Assembly (NCBI GenBank): GCA_035631775.1
Contig: DASQID010000195.1
Coordinates: forward strand, 1 to 40,560
Length of the DNA: 40,560 nt
Source of the DNA: Acidobacteriota bacterium
GTDB lineage: Bacteria; Acidobacteriota; UBA6911
Reading direction: 5' to 3'
The translations under genes and the position numbers were made by a program. Below the pieces are notes generated by a model. It was not told where the DNA came from, did no database searches, and worked only from the letters and a program-made list of their open reading frames with translations. This document shows positions 1 through 9,347 of this stretch, piece after piece (positions within the stretch are counted from its first letter, which is position 1; each line of letters begins with the position of its first letter).

Positions 1-36
1 TTCGCCCGAGCGATCCCACAGGTAGTCCTTTTTCAT
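1..36 (-). CDS. Partial CDS, 5' end only (runs off the window): putative anti-sigma factor
   Basis: The ATG at 36..34 overlaps the TGA stop of the sigma gene (ATGA). It reads MKKDYLWDRSGE. Translational coupling directly downstream of an ECF sigma gene is the usual anti-sigma position. Only 12 codons are visible. Confidence 0.4.
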   Translation of the reverse strand, partial: MKKDYLWDRSGE

Positions 37-614
37 GGACGATTTTCCTTCCCGAGTATTTCTCGCAGTCGCTTCATGCCGCGGTGCAGGTTGACACGAA
101 CGGACGCCGGCTTCAACCCCGTCCGCGCCGCGATCTCTTCCCCGGTCATGCCCTCCACCAGGCGCAGGATGAGCGGTTCGCGATACGCCTCGGGCAGTCC
201 GCGAATTGTAGCCAATACCGCCAGCGCTTCCGTGCAGGGTGAGTTCGGGGCGGCAACGTCGGCGGGCAATTCGCCGGTATCCAATCTCCGGCGGTGATGG
301 TCGGTGGCGCGATTACGCGCGATCCTCGCCAGCCAGCCAGGAAAAGCCGCATCATCGCGCAGCGTGTGCAGTTGCCGAAGCGCGGCTAAGAACACGTCCT
401 GAACCAAGTCCTCGGCATCGTGGCGCGGCACCCGCGCCAAAAGGATGCCGTGCACCATGGGCGAAAATAGCCGATAGAGCTGCCCGAACGCGGTCCGGTC
501 ACCCTGACGCGCAGCGCCCACGAGAGGTGCGTGATCTGTAATTTCAGCGGCTGAAAGCATCGTTGCCATCCGACTTTGCCTGACAGCGCCGCGAAGGTCA
601 ATGACCGTCTCCAT
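33..614 (-). CDS. ECF-type RNA polymerase sigma-70 family factor
   Basis: Region 2-like DAEDLVQDVFLAALRQL and PGWLARIARNRATDHHRR. Region 4 HTH MTGEEIAARTGLKPASVRVNLHRGMKRLRE. The ORF is open to 641; ATG 614 is preferred because AGGGAA lies about 5 nt upstream. ATG 569, 620 and 641 are alternatives. Confidence 0.85.
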   Translation of the reverse strand: METVIDLRGAVRQSRMATMLSAAEITDHAPLVGAARQGDRTAFGQLYRLFSPMVHGILLARVPRHDAEDLVQDVFLAALRQLHTLRDDAAFPGWLARIARNRATDHHRRRLDTGELPADVAAPNSPCTEALAVLATIRGLPEAYREPLILRLVEGMTGEEIAARTGLKPASVRVNLHRGMKRLREILGKENRP

Positions 615-837
615 ATACATTCCCTGCAGTATGGGACGCATGAATGATGTGATTTGTTAACTTCGGGGACGGTGTTTCATCACATATGGGGACACTAAGC
701 CACGCACAAAAGTTATGTGAGGACCGTTTAAAACCGGTGCCGACTGCTCTTGTTCAGGAGAGTCGAGGTGCACGAAATCCACGTATCTGCCGATAGTTAT
801 AGAGGCGACACTTCAATGTCGCGCCGGAAGAGAGTGA

Positions 838-3075
838 GTGCTCATGAAACTGATGCTCAGACACAAAATCATGGGAATGGCCTGCATCGCCGCGCTTCTC
901 CCCACGACGGTGATGCTTCTGCTCGCAGGCATTCAACGAAGCCGCGTTAGCGCCGCAGTGCGGGATGACCTGGATTCCCTCACCCAGGACAGCATCAGGC
1001 AACTTGCGCTTGATGCCTATCATTCATGCGAAGCGGCGAACGACTTCATCCAACAGGAGGTGGTTTCCAACCTGAAGGTTGCCGAGAAGATCGTGAAATC
1101 AGCCGGCACGCCTCGCCTGTCCAGCGAAAAGGTGGAGTGGCACGCCGTCAACCAATACACGGATTCCGTTACTGCGGCGACGCTGCCGAAGTTGACGTTG
1201 GGCGGAACGTGGATAGCCCCAAACAGCAACCCCGCAATCCCGTCGCCGGTTGTGGATGAAGTCCGAGGCCTTGTTGGGGGAGCATGCACGATCTTCCAGA
1301 AGCTGAACGAACAGGGCGACATGCTGCGAATTGCGACCACGATTCGAACTGCCGCGAACACTCGCGCAGTCGGCACGTACATCCCTGCGTACCGCCCGGA
1401 CGGCTCTCCGGATCCCGTGGTGTCGGTTGTAAGCCGCGGAGAAACTTTCCACGGCAGGGCTTATGTCGTCAATGACTGGTACATCAGTGCTTATCAGCCG
1501 ATCCTGGACGGCGACAAGAAGATCGTCGGAATGCTGTTTGTTGGGGTCGAACAGAGCCGGGTTGCGGGTCTGCGGAGCGCGATCACCAGCGTAAAAGTGG
1601 GGAAGACCGGCCAGGTGTATGTCATCGGCGGCCAGGATCAGTCCAGAGGTCGGGTCGTTGTTCCCAGGGAAGGCTACCACGACGGCGACCAATTGTGGGA
1701 AGCGCGGGACATCGAGGGGAGACTCTACGTCCAGTCCATGGTCAAAAAGGCCCTTGTCCTAAAAAAAGATGAAGTGGCCTTCGAACGATTCATGCAAAGA
1801 CGGGAGAGCGACGCGGCTCCCAGGATGGTAACCAACGCAATCGCCTACTTCGAACCTTGGGACTGGATCATCATCGCCGATGCATATGAGGAAGAGTTCC
1901 ATGGCGCCCGCGACAAGCTCGAGTCTTCTCTGAGCAATCTCTTCTGGTGGTCTGTCGCATCCGGACTGTGCTCGATGGTAGTCGCGCTGATCGTAGCCTC
2001 GTTCCTGACCGGCAAAATCACCGTGCCAATCGAACAGATCACGTCCGTGGCGCAGCAAATCGCCCGCGGCGATCTGAAGACGGCAACGGAGTCGATCGCC
2101 GAGGAAAGCTCAGGGAGCGACGGTGGATCGTCCTCCCACAGAGGCGTGATTGCAGCTTCCCAGGGCGATGATGAAACAGGCCAGCTCCTCGGAGCGGTTC
2201 AGACGATGACTAGGAGTCTGAACTCACTCGTGGGTCAGGTGAAGCAATCCAGCATTCAGCTCGTGTCGACGTCGACCGAAATTGCCGCCGCCGCCCGCCA
2301 GCAGGAAGTCACGGCAAATGATCTGGGCGCCTCAACCAACGAGGTGGTCGCGGCCACGCGCGAAATCTCCGCAACCTCCCAGGAGTTGCTGGGCACTATG
2401 AATGACGTAACGCAAATGGCCGGCTCTACCGCGTCGCTCGCCGGGTCCGGACGCAGCGGTCTCTGGGGAATGGAAGCAAACATGCGGCAACTTGTGGACG
2501 CCACGCGCACCATTTCGAGCCGGTTGGCGGTCATCAGCGACAAAGCCAACAACATCAACTCTGTGGTCACGACGATCACCAAGGTCGCGGACGAAACAAA
2601 CCTGCTCTCTCTCAATGCGGCCATCGAGGCCGAGAAGGCGGGTGAGTACGGGTTGGGCTTTTCAGTCGTGGCGCGCGAGATCCGCAGGCTGGCCGATCAA
2701 ACCGCTGTGGCCACGCTCGACATCGAGCAGATGATGAAGGAGATGCGCTCCGCCGTGTCGGCAGGCGTGATGGAGATGGACCGGTTTGGCGAGGAGGTCC
2801 GGCGCAATGTCGCCGACGTGGGGAAGATCAGCGAGCAACTCGAGACCATCATCAGCCAGGTGCAGGCGCTCACGCCACGGTTTGAAAGCGTCAACCATGG
2901 TATGAGGGTCCAGGCGCAGGGAGCCGAGCAGATCAGCAAGGCCATGGTAGGGCTGAGTGATTCGACCAGGCAGACGGCTGACTCCCTGAAGGAATTCAAC
3001 CGGGCGGCAGAACATCTGAACGAGGCGGCCCGGGGATTGCGCAATGAGGTCTCCCGCTTCAACGTAAACGATTGA
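838..3075 (+). CDS. Methyl-accepting chemotaxis protein (two TM segments, large Cache-like periplasmic domain, HAMP with extended connector, MA signalling domain); WspA position
   Basis: TM1 MACIAALLPTTVMLLLAG and TM2 FWWSVASGLCSMVVALIVASFLTG. HAMP PIEQITSVAQQIARGDL...DETGQLLGAVQTMTRSL. Signalling hairpin ETNLLSLNAAIEAEKAGEYGLGFSVVAREIRRLADQT. GTG 838 or ATG 844 are possible starts. Confidence 0.9.
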   Translation: MLMKLMLRHKIMGMACIAALLPTTVMLLLAGIQRSRVSAAVRDDLDSLTQDSIRQLALDAYHSCEAANDFIQQEVVSNLKVAEKIVKSAGTPRLSSEKVEWHAVNQYTDSVTAATLPKLTLGGTWIAPNSNPAIPSPVVDEVRGLVGGACTIFQKLNEQGDMLRIATTIRTAANTRAVGTYIPAYRPDGSPDPVVSVVSRGETFHGRAYVVNDWYISAYQPILDGDKKIVGMLFVGVEQSRVAGLRSAITSVKVGKTGQVYVIGGQDQSRGRVVVPREGYHDGDQLWEARDIEGRLYVQSMVKKALVLKKDEVAFERFMQRRESDAAPRMVTNAIAYFEPWDWIIIADAYEEEFHGARDKLESSLSNLFWWSVASGLCSMVVALIVASFLTGKITVPIEQITSVAQQIARGDLKTATESIAEESSGSDGGSSSHRGVIAASQGDDETGQLLGAVQTMTRSLNSLVGQVKQSSIQLVSTSTEIAAAARQQEVTANDLGASTNEVVAATREISATSQELLGTMNDVTQMAGSTASLAGSGRSGLWGMEANMRQLVDATRTISSRLAVISDKANNINSVVTTITKVADETNLLSLNAAIEAEKAGEYGLGFSVVAREIRRLADQTAVATLDIEQMMKEMRSAVSAGVMEMDRFGEEVRRNVADVGKISEQLETIISQVQALTPRFESVNHGMRVQAQGAEQISKAMVGLSDSTRQTADSLKEFNRAAEHLNEAARGLRNEVSRFNVND

Positions 3076-3142
3076 GAAGGACAAATCAAGACCGGAGCCC
3101 TGACAACGTCCGCGTCGGGGACGCGGCTCAAAGGATTCGCAT

Positions 3143-3607
3143 ATGCTGATGCTCATCTTCCGGCTTGGAGAGGATCGCTACGCTCTCGAGACGAGCCAGG
3201 TCGTGGAGATCGTGCCCTCCCTGGTCCTGCGGAAGTTGCCGCATGCTCCCGATCATCTGGCAGGAGTCTTCAATTACCGCGGATCGATCGTTCCCGTGAT
3301 TGATCTCCGCCGGATAATGCAGGACCGACCCTGCGAGAGCTGCCTGAGCACGCGCATCCTGTTGGTCCGTCTTGCGGGCGGAGAGGGACCTTCGCGTATC
3401 GTCGGCTTGCGCGCTGAGCGCATGACGGAGACTCTGAAGGTGTCGGATGGTGATCTTGTAGATCCTGGTATCGCGCTTAAAGAGGCTCCCTATCTAGGGA
3501 AGATTATCAATGATCCCCAGGGCATGATTCAGTGCATCCGCATGGAGGATATCTTGCCCCGGAGCACGATGGATCGGCTTTCGCCGGAAACCGGAGTACG
3601 GCCGTGA
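3143..3607 (+). CDS. cheW: CheW-like coupling protein (WspB position)
   Basis: Single CheW-like domain of 154 aa: MLIFRLGEDRYALETSQVVEIVP...FNYRGSIVPVIDLR. Its stop overlaps the next start. Confidence 0.85.
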   Translation: MLMLIFRLGEDRYALETSQVVEIVPSLVLRKLPHAPDHLAGVFNYRGSIVPVIDLRRIMQDRPCESCLSTRILLVRLAGGEGPSRIVGLRAERMTETLKVSDGDLVDPGIALKEAPYLGKIINDPQGMIQCIRMEDILPRSTMDRLSPETGVRP

Positions 3608-4809
3608 GATACCTGGCTGAGATTGCGTCCAGGCTGCAAATGTCAATCGGCTCGGATCCGAAGATCATCGGAATCGATTCCATCGAAAACGCCGTCCGTG
3701 AACGCATGTCCGGTTTCGGCTTGACGGACATGGGGACATATGCAGCGCTGCTGGAACAATCCGGACCCGAGATGCAGGCGTTGGTTGAGAAAGTTGTCGT
3801 GCCGGAAACGTGGTTCTACCGGGATGAGGAACCCTTCAGATTTCTCGCCCGACAGGCCGTCGCTGCATGGTTCCCCGGCAAAGGCGGCAAGGTATTCCGC
3901 ATTCTCAGCGTTCCCTGCTCCAGCGGGGAGGAGCCTTATTCCATTGCCATGACACTGCTCGACTGTGGACTGACGCCGGATCAGTTCCACATCGATGCCA
4001 TAGACATCAGCGAGCACGCGCTGGAAATTGCGAGGAGAGGTTTGTACGGCAGGAACTCATTCCGCGGGGATGACCTTGCATATCGAAGCACATACTTTCA
4101 GGAAGAGGGAAATCTCTTTCGATTGTCGCCCGCGGTGGCGGGCACCGTTCAGTTCGCACGCGGCAACCTGCTTGACAACTCCTTCCCGCACGATGTAGAT
4201 CCTTACCAGGTGATCTTTTGTCGAAATCTCCTTATTTATCTCACTTGTGGGGCGAGAAACCGTGCAGTCACCGTGCTTGACAGGCTGCTGGCAGATTCTG
4301 GATTGCTGTTCGTCGGGCACGCAGAAGTTCTGCTGCTGAGGTCGGAACGCCTGGCAGAGGTGGAGCATCCACGGGCGTTCGCGCTGCGTAGAAGTTCGGC
4401 GCCGGATAACTCCCTTCCCGATCCCAACCAGACGGAGAGTACGGCGCAGTCGCCGGATTCCCCCTCACCCTTGACGGTCAGGGAGCGTATTCCAATTGAC
4501 CGGGTTTCCCTCGACGAGGCGCTTCGGGAGGCCGACGATGGCAGGCTCTCGGCTGCCAGGAGGATTTGCGAAAAGCACCTTTCCACCCACGGACCTTCCG
4601 CTCAAGCCTACTTTGTCCTTGGACTGGTGACGGAGGCTGCAGGACTGAAGGCGAATGCTGAAGAGCTCTTCAATAAAACACTATACCTGGATCCCAGTCA
4701 CTATGAGGCATTGATTCACCTGTCGTTGCTCCTGCGGCGGCGGGACAGCGCCTCCTCGACGCTCCTGCAGCGGCGAGCCCGCCGCGTGCGTTCCTTGAAG
4801 GCGAGTTAG
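3604..4809 (+). CDS. cheR: CheR-type protein-glutamate O-methyltransferase with C-terminal TPR region (WspC position)
   Basis: SAM-binding FRILSVPCSSGEEPYSIAMTL and IFCRNLLIYL. C-terminal TPR-like AYFVLGLVTEAAGLKANAEELFNKTLYLDPSHYEALIHLSLLL. GTG 3604 overlaps the cheW stop (GTGA). The ORF-track start at 3532 would overlap cheW by 76 nt. Confidence 0.85.
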   Translation: MRYLAEIASRLQMSIGSDPKIIGIDSIENAVRERMSGFGLTDMGTYAALLEQSGPEMQALVEKVVVPETWFYRDEEPFRFLARQAVAAWFPGKGGKVFRILSVPCSSGEEPYSIAMTLLDCGLTPDQFHIDAIDISEHALEIARRGLYGRNSFRGDDLAYRSTYFQEEGNLFRLSPAVAGTVQFARGNLLDNSFPHDVDPYQVIFCRNLLIYLTCGARNRAVTVLDRLLADSGLLFVGHAEVLLLRSERLAEVEHPRAFALRRSSAPDNSLPDPNQTESTAQSPDSPSPLTVRERIPIDRVSLDEALREADDGRLSAARRICEKHLSTHGPSAQAYFVLGLVTEAAGLKANAEELFNKTLYLDPSHYEALIHLSLLLRRRDSASSTLLQRRARRVRSLKAS

Positions 4810-4813
4810 ACCC

Positions 4814-5473
4814 ATGTGTTCTGCCACAGTCGATCCTTGTTGGAGTCGCATCGGGGTTTCCGGGGACGGGAGCTGTACCGAGCTGGCGAGCCATGTGCAT
4901 TGCCGTAACTGCCCGGTCTTCGCGGCGGAAGGACGAAAGCTGCTGGACTGTGGTGCCCCGGAAGGGTACATGGCAGACTGGGCAGATTTTCTGGCACAGG
5001 ACAGGGGGGTACATTCGGAGGGCAAGGCCTCGGCCGTATTGTTCCGCCTGGGCCCCGAATGGCTGGCCCTGTCGGTACAGCGTTTCAAAGAGGTGACGCC
5101 AATCCGCGTCATTCACCGGCTGCCTCACCAAAAAAACGGCACCCTTCTCGGCCTGGTAAACATCCGCGGAGAGATTCATCTGTGCGCGTCATTGAAAGAT
5201 GTCCTGGGCATCGGGGATGTGGAGGAGCCCAGCCATAGGGCCGTCAGTCGCATGGTTCTAGTGGGGAAGGAGCGAGACCAGTGGGTAGTTCCCGTGGATG
5301 AAATTTACGGGATCCACCGATACAACCAGTCCGAGCTGCGCAAGGTGCCGGTGACAGTCGCCAAGGCGGCCGTTAAGTTCACGTGCGGCATGCTGTCGTG
5401 GGAAGGAAAGAGTGTCGGCCTCCTGGACGACGAGCTTCTATTCTATGCGCTTAGGCGCTCCTCGCTTTCCTAG
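4814..5473 (+). CDS. cheW: Second CheW-like coupling protein with a Cys/His-rich N-terminal module (WspD position)
   Basis: CheW-like core VLFRLGPEWLALSVQRFKEV...LLGLVNIRGEIHLCASL. N-terminus MCSATVDPCWSRIGVSGDGSCTELASHVHCRNCPVF. Confidence 0.85.
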   Translation: MCSATVDPCWSRIGVSGDGSCTELASHVHCRNCPVFAAEGRKLLDCGAPEGYMADWADFLAQDRGVHSEGKASAVLFRLGPEWLALSVQRFKEVTPIRVIHRLPHQKNGTLLGLVNIRGEIHLCASLKDVLGIGDVEEPSHRAVSRMVLVGKERDQWVVPVDEIYGIHRYNQSELRKVPVTVAKAAVKFTCGMLSWEGKSVGLLDDELLFYALRRSSLS

Positions 5474-5750
5474 ACAGTTTCTGTCGCGAAACTCGTTATT
5501 CGCGCAGGAAGCGCTCCGAAGGGGCGCCAGCCAACAGCCCCGGGCAGGCGCAGCGCAGCCCGGGGTTGGGGTTGTCAAGAATGACCAAAGACCTGGAGGG
5601 GCGACAGATAACACATAGCTTACAAATGTCTTTCGCCGGGGCTCGGCATTATGCAACATCCTATCCGGGGGCTTGCGCCCCCGGCTACTTGCTCTGGCCC
5701 CTCCAGGGCCTGTCCTGATGGACGATTCGTTGAGTTTGGCGACAGAAACG
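5474..5750. mobile_element. MITE-like palindromic repeat, family A copy 1 (non-coding, no transposase)
   Basis: Terminal inverted repeats cagtttctgtcgcgaaactc (5475-5494) and gagtttggcgacagaaac (5732-5749). Internal arms pair with each other (ccgggggcttgcgcccccggctacttgct, ggcccctcc). The right half is near-identical to the copy at 11933-12210. Confidence 0.7.
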
Positions 5751-5832
5751 CGACAGAGCTTTGCATGGACTAAGAAAGCCGCCGCTATGAGGCGAGGGCG
5801 CTGAGAGGGTTTGAAACTCATACACTCACGGA

Positions 5833-8115
5833 GTGAGTAAATTGGCGCAGGACTTGAGCAGCTTTTCGATGATGGATCTGTTCCGCACCGAGGTCGAGAA
5901 TCAGGCCGTGGTGTTGAATGACGGCCTGCTCAACCTCGAAAGTGATCCGCGCAACAAGGAAAAGCTCGAATCATTGATGCGCGCGGCTCACTCGATCAAA
6001 GGGGCGGCACGGATTGTGGGCCTTGATGCTGTCGTCAGAGTCTCCCATGCGATGGAGGACTGCTTTGTCGCTGCGCAGGAGGGGAAGATCCTCCTGACTG
6101 GGGACGGCGCGGATGTGCTTCTCCGGGGCGTCGACTGGCTTGGAAATGCTTCGAAGATACCCGAGGCAGAGGCTGAGTCCTGGTTTGCCGGGCATCAATC
6201 CGAAACCGACAGGTTGGCGGCCGACATTGCCGCCGTAATGAATCAGTCGGCAGGCGACTCTTCGCGCGAATCTCAGCCGCCACAGGTGTCCGCCAAACCT
6301 GCACCGGACAGCGTCAGCTCACGTGAGGGTACGGAGAGCGCAGCCAGTGAACGAAATTCGAACGAGAAGGACCGGATCGTCCGGGTTACAGCTGAGAATC
6401 TCAACAGGCTCATGGGTCTTGCCGGCGAGTCACTCGTTGAAGCCCGCTGGCTGCAGCCTTTTTCCAACTCGCTCATGCAGCTCAAGAGTCATCACACGCG
6501 CCTCACTAACCTGCTGGGACAGTGCCGCGAGGACCTGGCAGTGCCGGGCCACGGTGGGCGTCTCGATGAAATAATGAGCGCGTTGCAGAAAGGGGCGAAT
6601 GAATGCCGGCAGATCCTCACCGACAGGATTAACGAGTTCGAAGTATATGCGCGCCGCACAGCGAATCTTTCCAACCGCCTCTATCGTGAAGTAATCGCCA
6701 GCCGGATGCGGCCCTTTGCGGACGGGGTCCAAGGCTTTCCGAGGATGGTTCGCGACCTGGCCAAGCAGCTGGGGAAAAAAGTCAACCTTGAGATCGTCGG
6801 CCAAGCGACCGGCGTTGACCGCGACATCCTGGAGAAGCTCGAGGCGCCCCTCAATCACCTCCTCCGCAACTCTGTGGATCACGGCATCGAATCTCCCGAC
6901 GAACGGGTGGCTCGGGGCAAGTCGCCGGATGGCAGTATCAGGCTGGAAGCCAGGCACAGGGCCGGGATGCTGTCAATCAGCCTCTCGGACGACGGCCGCG
7001 GCGTGGACTTGGAATCGCTGCGCCGGAAGGTAGTGGAGAAGAATCTCGTCAGCCAGGCAATGGCCGGGGATCTTTCCGAGCCTGAGCTGCTTGAGTTCCT
7101 CTTCCTTCCTGGATTTTCGACCGCGCAGACGGTGACCGAGATTTCAGGCCGCGGCGTGGGACTGAACATCCTGCAGAACATGCTCCATGAGGTCGGCGGT
7201 TCAGCCAGGGCGATCAACCGGCCCGGGAACGGCATGACTTTCCTTCTGCAGCTTCCGCTCACGCTTTCGGTCCTGCGCACTCTCCTGGTTGAGATAGCCG
7301 GTGAGCCGTATGCCTTTCCCTTGAGCCGCATCGAACGAAGCCTGCTGATTCCAAAATCGCAGGTTGACTTGATTGAAGGTCGCCAGTTCTTCCGGCTTGA
7401 AGAGGAAAGCATTGGCCTCGTTGCCGCGCACCAGGTACTCGAACTGCCCGAGAAAGACGGCTGCGGCGATGAATTTGCGGTCATTGTCCTCGGTGACCGC
7501 CTGAACCGTTACGGCCTTGTAGTGGACAGGTTCCTCGGGGAGCGGGATCTGGTCGTTCGGCCGCTGGACATCCGGCTAGGCAAGCTGCCGGACATCAGCT
7601 CGGCGGCTGTCCTGACCGACGGCACGCCGGCTCTGATCGTCGATGTGGAGGACATGGTGCGCTCCATCGACAATTTACTCTCGGGAGGGCGGCTGAGGAA
7701 GATCAGTCGGGAGGCGGGAAAGGTTCAGTCCACGATTCAGAAGCGTATTCTCGTGGTTGACGACTCGATTACCGTACGGGAGGTGGAACGGAAACTTCTC
7801 GAGAGCGCCGGCTATGCTGTCGAAGTGGCGGTCAACGGCATGGACGGCTGGAACGCAGTCCGCGCCGCCGCCTATGATCTGGTAATCACGGATGTGGACA
7901 TGCCGCGCATGAACGGAATCGAGCTGGTCTCGCGGATCAGGCTCGAACCCGCGCTCAAGGATCTGCCGGTAATGATCGTCTCCTACAAAGACCGCGAGGA
8001 GGATCGGCTGCGGGGACTGCAAGCAGGCGCTAACTACTATTTCACCAAGAGCAGCTTCCACGATGAGACGCTTCTGTCTGCCGTGGAAGACCTCATCGGC
8101 GAGGCCTCTGCATGA
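5833..8115 (+). CDS. cheA: Hybrid CheA histidine kinase with C-terminal receiver domain (WspE position)
   Basis: Hpt [16 protein letters not shown]-box [15 protein letters not shown]1 DDGRGVD. G2 GRGVGLN. A CheW-like domain follows. [15 protein letters not shown]...[14 protein letters not shown]...SYK. Start is GTG 5833 or TTG 5842. Confidence 0.9.
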   Translation: MSKLAQDLSSFSMMDLFRTEVENQAVVLNDGLLNLESDPRNKEKLESLMRAAHSIKGAARIVGLDAVVRVSHAMEDCFVAAQEGKILLTGDGADVLLRGVDWLGNASKIPEAEAESWFAGHQSETDRLAADIAAVMNQSAGDSSRESQPPQVSAKPAPDSVSSREGTESAASERNSNEKDRIVRVTAENLNRLMGLAGESLVEARWLQPFSNSLMQLKSHHTRLTNLLGQCREDLAVPGHGGRLDEIMSALQKGANECRQILTDRINEFEVYARRTANLSNRLYREVIASRMRPFADGVQGFPRMVRDLAKQLGKKVNLEIVGQATGVDRDILEKLEAPLNHLLRNSVDHGIESPDERVARGKSPDGSIRLEARHRAGMLSISLSDDGRGVDLESLRRKVVEKNLVSQAMAGDLSEPELLEFLFLPGFSTAQTVTEISGRGVGLNILQNMLHEVGGSARAINRPGNGMTFLLQLPLTLSVLRTLLVEIAGEPYAFPLSRIERSLLIPKSQVDLIEGRQFFRLEEESIGLVAAHQVLELPEKDGCGDEFAVIVLGDRLNRYGLVVDRFLGERDLVVRPLDIRLGKLPDISSAAVLTDGTPALIVDVEDMVRSIDNLLSGGRLRKISREAGKVQSTIQKRILVVDDSITVREVERKLLESAGYAVEVAVNGMDGWNAVRAAAYDLVITDVDMPRMNGIELVSRIRLEPALKDLPVMIVSYKDREEDRLRGLQAGANYYFTKSSFHDETLLSAVEDLIGEASA

Positions 8116-9137
8116 GAATTGCGCTCGTCAATGACCTTCCGATTGCGGTCGAAGCCCTGCGCCGCATCATAGCCGCCCAACCCGAGCATGAGATCGCCTG
8201 GATCGCATGGGATGGCGCGGAGGCCGTCGAAAAATGCGCGGCGGACACTCCGGATCTGGTTCTGATGGATCTCATCATGCCGGTCATGGACGGCGTTGAA
8301 GCAACCCGCCGGATCATGAGGGATTCTCCCTGCGCTGTTCTTGTGGTCACCGCCACGGTCAGCGGCAATTCCTCGAAAGTGTTCGAAGCCATGGGCCACG
8401 GGGCTTTGGACGCGGTCAACACACCGGTCTTCGGTGTCGGTAGCATGGCCGATGGTGCGGATGCATTGCTCGCCAAGATTGCGACGATAGGAAAGTTGAT
8501 CGGCAAGCCCGTGAATCGCAAGCCGGTGACGGTCGCGGAGAAGGTCGGCGTCCACCCTCAGGTGCCTCCTTTGATCGCAATCGGATCCTCCACAGGCGGC
8601 CCAAGAGTTCTGGCCGACCTCCTTGCAGCGCTGCCCGCGGGCCTCGGCGCATCCATCGTCATCGTTCAACACGTGGATGCGGAGTTCGCTCCCGGGATGG
8701 CCGAATGGCTGAACAGCCGAGGAGCCCTGAAGGTGCGTGTCGCATCCGCCGGCTGCCGCCCCGAACCGGGACTGGTTTGGCTGGCCGGGACGAACGATCA
8801 CCTGATTCTGAAGGCGGATCTGAGCCTGGATTACTCGCCTGTGCCGCGCGACGTCCCTTACCGGCCCTCGGTTGACATTTTCTACCGAAGCCTGCTGACG
8901 TACTGGCCACGCAAAGACATTGCGGTACTTCTCACCGGAATGGGGAGGGACGGCGCAGAAGGCCTGCTTGCCTTGCGCAGCGGCGGATGGCATACAGTTG
9001 CGCAGGATGAAAAGAGCTGCGTCGTTTATGGGATGCCCAGGGCCGCCGCGGAATTGGGCGCAGCAGCCGAAATCTCGTCGCCGGAAGGAATCGCCTCCAC
9101 CCTTACCCGCCGCTTCGCTTCCTTGGTATTCCCTTAG
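8112..9137 (+). CDS. cheB: CheB-type protein-glutamate methylesterase with N-terminal receiver (WspF position)
   Basis: [18 protein letters not shown]...[14 protein letters not shown]. Esterase motifs [20 protein letters not shown] and [10 protein letters not shown]. The ATG overlaps the cheA stop (ATGA). Confidence 0.9.
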   Translation: MRIALVNDLPIAVEALRRIIAAQPEHEIAWIAWDGAEAVEKCAADTPDLVLMDLIMPVMDGVEATRRIMRDSPCAVLVVTATVSGNSSKVFEAMGHGALDAVNTPVFGVGSMADGADALLAKIATIGKLIGKPVNRKPVTVAEKVGVHPQVPPLIAIGSSTGGPRVLADLLAALPAGLGASIVIVQHVDAEFAPGMAEWLNSRGALKVRVASAGCRPEPGLVWLAGTNDHLILKADLSLDYSPVPRDVPYRPSVDIFYRSLLTYWPRKDIAVLLTGMGRDGAEGLLALRSGGWHTVAQDEKSCVVYGMPRAAAELGAAAEISSPEGIASTLTRRFASLVFP

Positions 9138-9317
9138 CGTCTTTAAGCCGACTGCTAATCCAGAGCAACCGGGCACTGGTCCTCAAGGGACGTCGCATCA
9201 CTCCTGTGCGGACGGATGTGACCCGTCCGGGTGACGATGGGGCCAAGACCTGAGAATTACTTAAGCCTTGCCGTTAGGATTCCTTTTCCTGGCGAATGCC
9301 TGCCGCAGTTGTTGCTC

Positions 9318-9347
9318 GCGACGGGTCACTGACCCGTCGCCACAGGA
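9318..9347. repeat. REP-like hairpin motif, family C copy 1
   Basis: gcgacgggtc-act-gacccgtcgc is a perfect 10-bp stem with a 3-nt loop, followed by cacagga. The same 30-mer, differing by one loop base, recurs at 12334-12363. Confidence 0.6.

Noticed and set aside
3110-3126. Perfect 7-bp hairpin (ccgcgtc-ggg-gacgcgg) between the MCP gene and cheW, considered as a terminator
   Set aside because: No T-tract follows and it lies within a tightly packed operon. It is at most a minor mRNA structure.
3532-3603. Upstream extension of CheR overlapping cheW by 76 nt
   Set aside because: GTG 3604 gives the common GTGA stop/start coupling. The extra residues (MHPHGGYLAPEHDGSAFAGNRSTA) show no CheR-like features.
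5412-5821. ORFs of 68 aa (plus strand) and 127 aa (minus strand) in the cheW2-cheA spacer
   Set aside because: Both are contained in the palindromic family-A element, and the same pseudo-peptides appear at the second copy on both strands. They are artefacts of a structured repeat.
8037-9176. 379-aa ORF on the minus strand
   Set aside because: It is entirely antisense to the well-supported cheB gene, is Arg/Gly/Ala-rich and has no recognisable motif. This is a typical shadow ORF of high-GC DNA.
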